A stretch of DNA of 59,091 nt, taken from assembly GCA_035403965.1 (NCBI GenBank), contig DAONGE010000008.1, positions 1 to 59,091 of the forward strand, in the 5' to 3' direction. Positions within the stretch are counted from its first letter, which is position 1, and each line of letters begins with the position of its first letter. The notes under the pieces are model-generated. The model had not been told where the DNA came from. It was given only the letters and a program-made list of their open reading frames with translations, and ran no database searches. Below are positions 1 through 7,588 of this stretch, piece by piece. The translations under genes were made by a program, and so were the position numbers. Source of the stretch: Candidatus Omnitrophota bacterium (lineage in GTDB: Bacteria; Omnitrophota; Gorgyraeia; Tantalellales; Tantalellaceae).

Positions 1-3
1 TTC

Positions 4-156
4 GGAGAATTTTCTGACAATTTTGGCGCCTGCGGAACTCGCCTTAACGTGACATACGTTCTTTACCAGAACGTATGTTACGTTAAAGCTCAAACAGTCC
101 TCGGCGGTCTTGTCATTCACATTCCAAGCCTTCCCAAAATAGTCATAAAATTCTCC
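4..156. repeat. MITE-like 153-bp inverted-repeat element, copy 1 (left flank cut by window edge)
   Basis: Left end GGAGAATTTTCTGACAATTTTGG (4-26) is the near-perfect reverse complement of the right end CCAAAATAGTCATAAAATTCTCC (134-156). A central 17-bp hairpin lies at 46-84 (AACGTGACATACGTTCT / loop TTACC / AGAACGTATGTTACGTT). Same length as, and roughly nine-tenths identical to, 42788-42940. Confidence 0.75.
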
Positions 157-219
157 GGGAAATCGTATTCACTCCATCCCTTCTTGTTTCGCCAAGTCAC
201 CCGAACGGAAGATCGCATA

Positions 220-344
220 TATAGCTACGGCGGGCATGTCAGATTTGCCGTTATCCGATTAAAAATAATTTACGCATCAGCGCGAGTCAAACGCCGGGAG
301 ATTAAAAATGAAAAGGCGAATCAGGCATGCTCGCCGTAGCTATA
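220..344 (+). repeat. Stem-enclosed conserved core element, copy 1 (possible structured RNA or palindrome-targeting insertion)
   Basis: 19-nt arms TATAGCTACGGCGGGCATG (220-238) and CATGCTCGCCGTAGCTATA (326-344) pair completely, with one G233-T331 wobble. An inner stem pairs GATTTGCC (242-249) with GGCGAATC (315-322). The 65-nt apical segment 250-314 recurs at 32387-32451. Confidence 0.7.
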
Positions 345-443
345 CAGGGAGAACCCTTCATTTCAGTATTTACCGGTGCGGAACGATATATGTGGCAAGG
401 CGCTAATTTAGGGCTATATTTCCCGGGTTTGGTATTACACATG

Positions 444-471
444 TTCTCATTGCAAAAAAGGCAGTTATAAT
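444..471 (+). promoter_or_regulatory. Candidate sigma70-type promoter upstream of the parvulin lipoprotein gene
   Basis: TTCTCA (444-449), 16-nt spacer, TATAAT (466-471). It lies about 70 nt upstream of the ATG at 541. Confidence 0.4.
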
Positions 472-540
472 ATATATTATTGTCTTACAGGCGCCGTTGG
501 CTTAGCAGTGGGTATACGGCGGATATATAACGGAGAGAAA

Positions 541-1416
541 ATGATGACTTTCAAAAATAAAATGGCATATGCCGGGCTTATGTGTCTAATCGTTCTGGGT
601 CTGTCCGGATGCGGCGATAAGGGGAAGGGCCGTGAGGTTGTTGCTAAGATCGGTAAGGCCGCTATCACAGTCTCCGATTTCAATGAAAGAGTGTCCAACC
701 TTCCGGCGAGATTCCAGGACGTTATCAGCAAGAGAAAAAAAGAGTTTTTGCAGGAAATAATCAACGATACGCTTCTATATCAGGCGGCATTGAAGAGAGG
801 GCTTGATAAAGATAAGGATGTTCAGAAGGTTATTGACGAGGCGAAGAAAAAGATAGTAATTGCCCGTTATTTGAAGGATAATATTGACGATAAGATCGAG
901 ATAACCGACGCGGAGATCCTGCAGTATTACAACGAGCATCAAAATGAGTTTATGACGCCCGAGATAATAAGGGCCTCTCATATTCTGGTGGCGACTCAGG
1001 ACGAAGCATTGAACATATTGGGTGAAATAATGAAAGGCGGGTCTTTTGAGGATCTGGCCCGAACCAGGTCGATAGATCCTACGGCTCAAAAAGGCGGTGA
1101 TATTGGGTATTTTCCAAAAGGGCAGTTGATAGCCGAATTCGAGGCTGCGTGCGAAAAGCTCAAAGTAGGGGAGGTCAGCGAACCGGTCAAGACCAAACTC
1201 GGATACCATATAATAAAGCTGACGGACAGAAAGAGCGCGACCGCGAAACTGCTTAAAGATGTGAAGGAAGATATCAAGGCGAGGATGAAGGTAAAGAAGC
1301 GGCAGGAGATGTTCACGGCGCTTTTGAATAATCTGTCAAAAGAAACCAAAGTGGTTGTTAACGAAGATGCATTGCGTGATACCGGTGTCGCGGACTCCGG
1401 AAACGCGGGCAAATAG
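541..1416 (+). CDS. Parvulin-type peptidyl-prolyl isomerase lipoprotein (PrsA/PpiC-like)
   Basis: ORF 508-1416. The internal ATG at 541 gives MMTFKNK... with lipobox LSGC. Parvulin signatures: RASHILV, GGDIGYF, LGYHIIKL. Confidence 0.8.
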   Translation: MMTFKNKMAYAGLMCLIVLGLSGCGDKGKGREVVAKIGKAAITVSDFNERVSNLPARFQDVISKRKKEFLQEIINDTLLYQAALKRGLDKDKDVQKVIDEAKKKIVIARYLKDNIDDKIEITDAEILQYYNEHQNEFMTPEIIRASHILVATQDEALNILGEIMKGGSFEDLARTRSIDPTAQKGGDIGYFPKGQLIAEFEAACEKLKVGEVSEPVKTKLGYHIIKLTDRKSATAKLLKDVKEDIKARMKVKKRQEMFTALLNNLSKETKVVVNEDALRDTGVADSGNAGK

Positions 1417-1453
1417 ACGTTGTGAGAAAATTGAATTTTAAAAGGAGGTAGTC

Positions 1454-2416
1454 GTGAGTATGGGCAGAATGGGAAAGATTTTGATAGCGGCGATGGTCTC
1501 GACGATGATGAGTATCGGACCTGCTATGGCAGAAGTGGTCGACAAGGTTATCGTTGTCGTGAATGACGAAACTATTACGCAGAGGGAATTTGATCGCGCT
1601 TTTACGCAGATACAGAAAAGCTACGAAGCGAATTTTAAAGGGGATGAACTGGCTCGTCGTCTTGAGGAAGCCAAGAAGGCGCTTATGGATCAGATGATCA
1701 ATACTAAGCTGGCTATGAGTCTTGCGAAAAAAGCCGGTATCAAGGTTGATGAAAAAGAGCTCCAGAACAGGATTGATATGATCAAGTCATATTATCCGTC
1801 GGAACCGGAGTTCCTGAAGGCGCTGAGTGACAGAGGAACGAATCTTACTGAGTTCAGAAAAGAGATTACCGACCAGATGATGGCGCAGCAGCTTGTGGAA
1901 AAAGAAGTATCGTCGAAGATCGTCATACCTCCGGGAGAGATAACAGATCTTTACGAAAAGAACAAGGAAAAACTGATAGCGCCGAGAAGGATCAAGGTGG
2001 CGGAGATCATGGTTCGTAAGGACCAGACGGCTCCGGCTGAAACATCCAAGGCAAAAATAGCCGACATAAAAAGCAAGATCGAAAAGGGTGCGGATTTCGC
2101 TGAGATCGCGAAAAAAGAATCTAACGGTCCGTATGCCCAGAATGGTGGAGAAATGGGATTTGTCGCACAGGGGCAGCTTCTTCCCGAGATGGATTCTGTG
2201 ATATTCAAGACCGAAAAAGGGAAGATTACGGATGTAATCGAAACCCAGATGGGATACCATATTTTTAAAATAGAAGAGATTGAAGAATCCAGACCTCTTA
2301 AACTTGAGGAAGTAAGTGATTTTCTTAAAGGTCAACTTTTCAGAAAAAAGTTCGAAGAAAATCTGATGAAATGGCTTGAAGAGAAAAGAAAAAATGCTTA
2401 TATCGCGTACAAATAG
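1454..2416 (+). CDS. surA: SurA-like periplasmic chaperone / parvulin PPIase
   Basis: AGGAGG at 1443-1448 precedes the GTG start. Signal peptide ends in PAMA. An N-terminal SurA-type helical region is followed by a parvulin domain (VAEIMV, GGEMGFV, MGYHIFKI). The gene sits directly upstream of pdxA-rsmA, as in E. coli. Confidence 0.7.
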   Translation: MSMGRMGKILIAAMVSTMMSIGPAMAEVVDKVIVVVNDETITQREFDRAFTQIQKSYEANFKGDELARRLEEAKKALMDQMINTKLAMSLAKKAGIKVDEKELQNRIDMIKSYYPSEPEFLKALSDRGTNLTEFRKEITDQMMAQQLVEKEVSSKIVIPPGEITDLYEKNKEKLIAPRRIKVAEIMVRKDQTAPAETSKAKIADIKSKIEKGADFAEIAKKESNGPYAQNGGEMGFVAQGQLLPEMDSVIFKTEKGKITDVIETQMGYHIFKIEEIEESRPLKLEEVSDFLKGQLFRKKFEENLMKWLEEKRKNAYIAYK

Positions 2417-3413
2417 ACCCCGCGTTATAATTACGATGGGAGATCCGGCTGGAATAGGACCGGAATTGATAGCAAAAGTAGTGGCAAGCCGTGAAATAGA
2501 GCGGCTTGCCACTTTTGTTATTATCGCCGATCGGCGGCTTATGGAGGATCTGTTTGAAAAGCCGGTATTGAAAAATGTTTTCTTCGCTGAAATATCATCC
2601 GATAAGAAAATCCCGAAAATCGAGCCCGGATATATCAATGTTATTGATCCCGGTCCTGCGCTTGGTAGTATAATCGCCGGAAAGGCGACGAACGCCGGGG
2701 CGAAAAAGGCCCTGGATTGTATTGATCTTGCAGTTAAACTGATTAAGGATAACGACGATAAATCTTTTGCGCAGGCAATAGTGACTGCTCCCGTTAACAA
2801 AGCTGCGATCGCTGAGATCTGTCACGGTTTTATGGGACACACGGAATATCTTCAGGAAGCTTTTGGCGTGAAGAGGACTACCATGGTATTGTCCGGAGAC
2901 AGATTGAAAGTGATACCGCTTACGCGGCATATTCCACTTAAGGATGTAGCTTCGCATGTCACGGTGGACGAGATAGTTGGAACGATAGCCCAGACGGTAG
3001 AGTATAGAAGGATGGTGGCGGGAAAAGACGACGCGGTGATCGGCGTGTGTGCTTTGAATCCGCATGGCGGTGAGAACGGAAAGATAGGACGTGAGGAGAT
3101 CGACTTGATTTCTCCCGCGGTCGAAAAGGCGAAAAAAAATTACGCGCGTATAGAAGGTCCGATACCGGCTGATGTGGCGTTCTATAAAGCATTGCAGGGA
3201 AAACTTGATATTGTAATCGGCATGTATCACGACCAATGCCTGGCTCCTTTTAAAATGCTTGAATTTGAGACAGGGGTGAACATGACGCTGGGCTTGGGGT
3301 GTGTAAGGACTTCACCGGATCATGGTACAGCGTTTGATATTGCCGGAAAAGGTATCGCATCCTCCGGATCGATGGAACAAGCAGTTAGACTCGCCATTAA
3401 AGCAATAAGCTAG
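2394..3413 (+). CDS. pdxA: 4-hydroxythreonine-4-phosphate dehydrogenase
   Basis: Motifs ITMGDPAGIGPELI, MGHTEYL, LNPHGGENG and SPDHGTAFDIAGKG. Start placed at ATG 2394 (the ORF opens at 2376), which overlaps the surA-like stop. Confidence 0.85.
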   Translation: MLISRTNRPRVIITMGDPAGIGPELIAKVVASREIERLATFVIIADRRLMEDLFEKPVLKNVFFAEISSDKKIPKIEPGYINVIDPGPALGSIIAGKATNAGAKKALDCIDLAVKLIKDNDDKSFAQAIVTAPVNKAAIAEICHGFMGHTEYLQEAFGVKRTTMVLSGDRLKVIPLTRHIPLKDVASHVTVDEIVGTIAQTVEYRRMVAGKDDAVIGVCALNPHGGENGKIGREEIDLISPAVEKAKKNYARIEGPIPADVAFYKALQGKLDIVIGMYHDQCLAPFKMLEFETGVNMTLGLGCVRTSPDHGTAFDIAGKGIASSGSMEQAVRLAIKAIS

Positions 3414-3431
3414 AGAGAATACGGGAGAGAT

Positions 3432-4292
3432 ATGGATCTCAAGGACGTCAAGCCCTTATGGGAACAATATGGGTACAGACCAGATAAAAGACTGGGGCAG
3501 AATTTTCTTTCCGATAAGAATGTGCGCGATAATATCGTGGACGCGCTTTTGCTTGACCGGGATACGACGGTTATAGAGATCGGCCCCGGGTTCGGGGTAA
3601 TGACCTTTGATATAGCTAAAAAATGTAAAGAATTGTATGCCGTCGAAAAGGATGAAAGGATATCGGACATCATGGAGTCGGTATTCGAACAAGCCGGTAA
3701 TATCAAGCTTACACGGGGTGACATTCTTGCAACCGATATCATGCGATTCGTTCCGAGTAACGGCAAAATACTGGTTTTCGGTAATATCCCATACTACATA
3801 ACAACGCCGATAATAGAAAAGATCATAGAGAATAGAAAATCGATTTCAAGGGCATATCTGCTTACGCAGGATGAGTTCGCGTCGCGTATCGTTTCGCCTC
3901 CGGGGTCGAAACAGTACGGGTCTATCAGCTGTTTTGTGCAATTTTATACAAAGGCTAAAAAGGTCTTTAAGGTCAGTAAAAATTGTTTTTATCCGCGGCC
4001 GCAGGTGGATTCCGCCTTATTATCCCTTGAAATACTTCAGGAGTCCCCTGTAAAGGTCAAAGACGAGGATTTGATGTTCGCTATTATAAGGAAATCGTTC
4101 ACACAACGTCGGAAAAAAATTTCAAACACACTGCCGCATGGGGAGTTTCTAGGTATTGAAAAAGGACGTTGGAATGAGATACTCGAGACTGCCGGAGTGG
4201 ATGCTGGTGCTCGTCCGGAGGTTTTGAGCCTTCAGGATTATGCGCGTATATGTGACGTTGTTCACGAAGGCAAATATAACTTTAATATATAA
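3432..4292 (+). CDS. rsmA: 16S rRNA (adenine1518/1519-N6)-dimethyltransferase
   Basis: Motifs LGQNFLSDKNV, the SAM-binding VIEIGPGFGVMT, and VFGNIPYYITTPI. Confidence 0.9.
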   Translation: MDLKDVKPLWEQYGYRPDKRLGQNFLSDKNVRDNIVDALLLDRDTTVIEIGPGFGVMTFDIAKKCKELYAVEKDERISDIMESVFEQAGNIKLTRGDILATDIMRFVPSNGKILVFGNIPYYITTPIIEKIIENRKSISRAYLLTQDEFASRIVSPPGSKQYGSISCFVQFYTKAKKVFKVSKNCFYPRPQVDSALLSLEILQESPVKVKDEDLMFAIIRKSFTQRRKKISNTLPHGEFLGIEKGRWNEILETAGVDAGARPEVLSLQDYARICDVVHEGKYNFNI

Positions 4293-4339
4293 ATATAATA
4301 AGAGGCCAGCTTCCTGTTTATTGACATTTATTCCGGATT

Positions 4340-4672
4340 GTGTTAACTTTGAACGATATGAAATCAGAAAGATCTAACGATAACGGGGCTATAACCGAGG
4401 ACGTTGTGAGGTATGTCGCGAAACTTTCGCGGTTGTCTTTCAGCGATGAGGATGTAGCCAAATACAAGAAACAGATTGGGGAGATACTCGGCTATATCAC
4501 CCAACTCAATGAGGTGGATACCGCGGATACCCAGCCTACATCCCATGTACTTCCTTCCATGAAAAATGTTTTCCGCGAAGATCTGGTAAAAACTTCTTTA
4601 TCACCCGATAAAGCGCTTAGTAATGCGCCTGACAAACAGGGCGATTTTTTCAGGGTTCCGAGGGTGATATAA
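4340..4672 (+). CDS. gatC: Asp/Glu-tRNA(Asn/Gln) amidotransferase subunit C
   Basis: About 100 aa, with LSRLSFSDEDVAKYKKQIGEILGYITQLNEVDT, immediately followed by gatA (stop and start abut). The start may instead be ATG 4358. Confidence 0.85.
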   Translation: MLTLNDMKSERSNDNGAITEDVVRYVAKLSRLSFSDEDVAKYKKQIGEILGYITQLNEVDTADTQPTSHVLPSMKNVFREDLVKTSLSPDKALSNAPDKQGDFFRVPRVI

Positions 4673-6094
4673 ATGGATACTTTGACCTCTTCCGGCATAA
4701 AAGGTTTCAGGGAATGGATCAAAAAAGCAAATAAATCCATCGGTGATTTTACCGGAATTTTTGTCGACCGTGCTAAGGATATGGATCGTGAGATAAAAGG
4801 TTTTATCGAAATAGACAAAAAAAGTATTGTCTCACGCGCAGAACAGAATAAATGCCAGACGGATGGAAGACTTTGGGGTATTCCGATCGGGATAAAAGAC
4901 AATATCTGTATTGAAGGTGAGCTTACTACATGTGCTTCGCGCATACTGCAGGGCTTTAGACCTCCTTACAATGCAACGGTTATAGAGAAACTTACGTCAA
5001 ATGGCGCGGTACTTTTCGCCCGTGCGAATATGGACGAATTCGCGTTCGGCTCGTCTTGCGAAACTTCCTGTTATGGACCGACAAAAAATCCCCACGATCT
5101 TTCAAGGATACCGGGGGGATCAAGCGGCGGTTCAGTGGCTATAGTGGCGTCGGGTCAGGTAGCGGCCGCTTTAGGGTCGGACACCGGCGGTTCTATAAGG
5201 CAGCCCGCGTCGATGTGCGGCGTTGTAGGTTTAAAACCGACGTACGGCCGAGTTTCACGTTACGGTCTCATCGCTTTCGCGTCGAGTCTTGATCAGATAG
5301 GTCCGATAACGCGGAACGTTACGGATAGCGCCGAAATGCTTGAGATCATTGCCGGTTACGACGAAAAAGACTCCACGTCCGTGAACATCGAAGTCCCAAA
5401 ATATGTTAATGCGTTAAAAAAAGATATAAACGGAATGACAATCGGCGTTCCGAAAGAGTATTTTATAGATGGTATAGAAAAAGATGTTCTTGAGAATATC
5501 CAGGCGGCGATAAAGACGCTCAAGAGTATGGGGGCTAAAATCGTGGATGTGTCGCTGCCGCATACGAAATACGCGGTGAGTTGTTATTATATTATCGCGC
5601 CGGCCGAAGCGAGTTCGAATCTTGCCCGTTATGATGGTGTGCATTACGGATATCGCAGCAAGAATGCCGCGGATCTGGTGGAAATGTATACTGCTTCACG
5701 TACCGAAGGATTCGGCCAGGAGTCGAAACGACGTATACTTCTGGGAACATATTCGTTGAGTAGCGGTTATTATGACGCATATTATCTAAAGGCGCAGAAA
5801 GTACGCACTAAAATCTCGGATGATTTTAAAAAAGTTTTCAGCGTATGCGATTGTGTCGTTACTCCGACTTCTCCGACCACGGCGTTCAAAATAGGCGAGC
5901 GTATGGACGATCCTTTGCAGATGTATTTATCCGATATTTTTACCATATCCGCGAATATGGCGGGAATACCGGCCATATCTGTCCCGTGTGGGAAGGACAA
6001 AAAAGGTCTCCCTGTAGGGATACAGTTCATGGCCAAACCTTTTGCGGAAGAGACTTTATTTAACGTGGCCTACGCGTTCGAACAGGGCGTGTGA
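4673..6094 (+). CDS. gatA: Glutamyl-tRNA(Gln) amidotransferase subunit A
   Basis: Amidase signature GGSSGGSVAIVASG and GSDTGGSIRQPAS; 473 aa. Confidence 0.95.
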   Translation: MDTLTSSGIKGFREWIKKANKSIGDFTGIFVDRAKDMDREIKGFIEIDKKSIVSRAEQNKCQTDGRLWGIPIGIKDNICIEGELTTCASRILQGFRPPYNATVIEKLTSNGAVLFARANMDEFAFGSSCETSCYGPTKNPHDLSRIPGGSSGGSVAIVASGQVAAALGSDTGGSIRQPASMCGVVGLKPTYGRVSRYGLIAFASSLDQIGPITRNVTDSAEMLEIIAGYDEKDSTSVNIEVPKYVNALKKDINGMTIGVPKEYFIDGIEKDVLENIQAAIKTLKSMGAKIVDVSLPHTKYAVSCYYIIAPAEASSNLARYDGVHYGYRSKNAADLVEMYTASRTEGFGQESKRRILLGTYSLSSGYYDAYYLKAQKVRTKISDDFKKVFSVCDCVVTPTSPTTAFKIGERMDDPLQMYLSDIFTISANMAGIPAISVPCGKDKKGLPVGIQFMAKPFAEETLFNVAYAFEQGV

Positions 6095-6104
6095 GAGATG
6101 AAAA

Positions 6105-7550
6105 ATGAGCTATAGAGACAAATATGAAACAGTTATAGGGCTGGAAGTTCATGTCCAGCTGAACACGAAGACCAAGGTGTTCTGCGGTTGCAGTAACCTT
6201 TTTGGTGCGGGGCCGAATACGCAGGTATGTCCGGTTTGTCTCGGCATGCCGGGTGTCCTGCCGGTTCTGAATAAACAGGCCCTTGCGCTTTCTATAAAGA
6301 TCGCGTTGGCGCTCGGTTGTGATATTCAGAAAAATATGAAATTCGATCGAAAGAATTACTACTATCCGGATCTGCCAAAAAACTATCAGATCAGTCAGTA
6401 CGATATGCCGCTTGCTTTTAAAGGGTGTATCGATATCGAGCTTGAAGACGGTTCGGCAAAAAGAATAGGCGTGACGCGCGCTCACATGGAAGAGGACGCG
6501 GGAAAACTTATGCACGATACTGGAGGGGTATACAGTCTTGTCGATCTGAATCGTACCGGTACGCCGCTTCTGGAGATAGTTTCGGAACCGGATATCAGAA
6601 CGCCGCAGGAAGCGCATTCCTATCTTACCGTGCTTAAACAGATAATCAAATATCTCGGCGCGTCGGATTGTAATATGGAAGAAGGAAGCTTGAGATGCGA
6701 CGCGAATATTTCTGTACGCCTTAGAGGAGAGAAAAAACTCGGTACGAAGGTGGAAATAAAGAACATGAATTCGTTCAAGGCCGTCAAGGACGCGCTTACG
6801 CATGAGGAAGATAGACAGATGGATCTTCTTGAAGATGGGGAAAAAATAATGATGGAAACCCGGCTCTGGGACGATAAAAAAGGTGTCACCGCTTCGATGC
6901 GTGCCAAAGAAGAATCCCATGATTACCGATATTTTCCGGAACCCGATCTTGTTCCGTTCGAGATATCTCACGATCTGATGGAGGATATCCGTTTATCCCT
7001 ACCGGAATTGCCGGATAAAAAATTTGAACGTTTTATGAATGTGTATAAACTCGACAAGAAAGATATTGAGGTAATAATTCTTGAAAGAGAAGTCGCTGAT
7101 TTTTATGAAGATGTGGTCAAGGGGTTCAATGACGCGCAGAATGTCGCGAATTGGGTAAAAGGCGAAGTGATGATGCATATGAATGAGCGCGGTGTGGATA
7201 TCGCGGGGTTGAAACTTGCGCCTGCGGATCTCGCGAGCCTTGTTAAAATGGCAAAAGAAGGGGCGTTGAGCTATCTTGTGGCCAAGGAAGTATTAAGGGA
7301 ATGTATTGATACCGGCAAAAAGCCAGAAAGTATAGTGGCCGAAAAGGGACTTCGTCAGGTATCCGATCAGGGTGAGATAGAAAAAATAGTCGATCAGGTA
7401 ATAGCCGCCAATCCGAAGAGTGTGGAAGATCTTAAAGCAGGGAAAGAGAATGCGATAAGTTTTCTGGTCGGACAGGTTATGAAAATGTCTAAAGGGAAAG
7501 CCAATCCCAGAATGGCTAACGAGATCCTCCGGTCAAAACTTGTCGGATAA
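6105..7550 (+). CDS. gatB: Asp/Glu-tRNA amidotransferase subunit B
   Basis: Motifs YETVIGLEVHVQLNTKTKVFCGC and RAHMEEDAGK, plus a C-terminal YqeY-like tail; 481 aa. Confidence 0.95.
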   Translation: MSYRDKYETVIGLEVHVQLNTKTKVFCGCSNLFGAGPNTQVCPVCLGMPGVLPVLNKQALALSIKIALALGCDIQKNMKFDRKNYYYPDLPKNYQISQYDMPLAFKGCIDIELEDGSAKRIGVTRAHMEEDAGKLMHDTGGVYSLVDLNRTGTPLLEIVSEPDIRTPQEAHSYLTVLKQIIKYLGASDCNMEEGSLRCDANISVRLRGEKKLGTKVEIKNMNSFKAVKDALTHEEDRQMDLLEDGEKIMMETRLWDDKKGVTASMRAKEESHDYRYFPEPDLVPFEISHDLMEDIRLSLPELPDKKFERFMNVYKLDKKDIEVIILEREVADFYEDVVKGFNDAQNVANWVKGEVMMHMNERGVDIAGLKLAPADLASLVKMAKEGALSYLVAKEVLRECIDTGKKPESIVAEKGLRQVSDQGEIEKIVDQVIAANPKSVEDLKAGKENAISFLVGQVMKMSKGKANPRMANEILRSKLVG

Positions 7551-7588
7551 TTTTTAATACGCATACCAAATAAGGAGAAACATCGCCT

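Noticed and set aside
49-339. 96-aa + strand ORF at the window start
   Set aside because: It runs entirely through the MITE-like element and the stem-enclosed core repeat. Its 'conserved' peptide segments also appear in ORFs 42728-43093 and 32303-32572 simply because the DNA repeats are shared. There is no RBS and the composition is not protein-like.
220-344. Retron msr/msd interpretation of the stem-enclosed core (flanking inverted repeats around a structured non-coding segment)
   Set aside because: No reverse transcriptase gene lies adjacent to either copy or anywhere in the window. The two copies are in unrelated contexts.
1787-2800. 337-aa antisense ORF opposite surA-like/pdxA
   Set aside because: This is a shadow ORF opposite two genes with clear homology, with low-complexity, Ser/Phe/Arg/Ile-rich composition. 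The same reasoning applies to 6060-6971, 16958-17685, 19655-20341, 25559-26212, 38942-39514, 41950-42603, 46565-47392 and 51656-52507.
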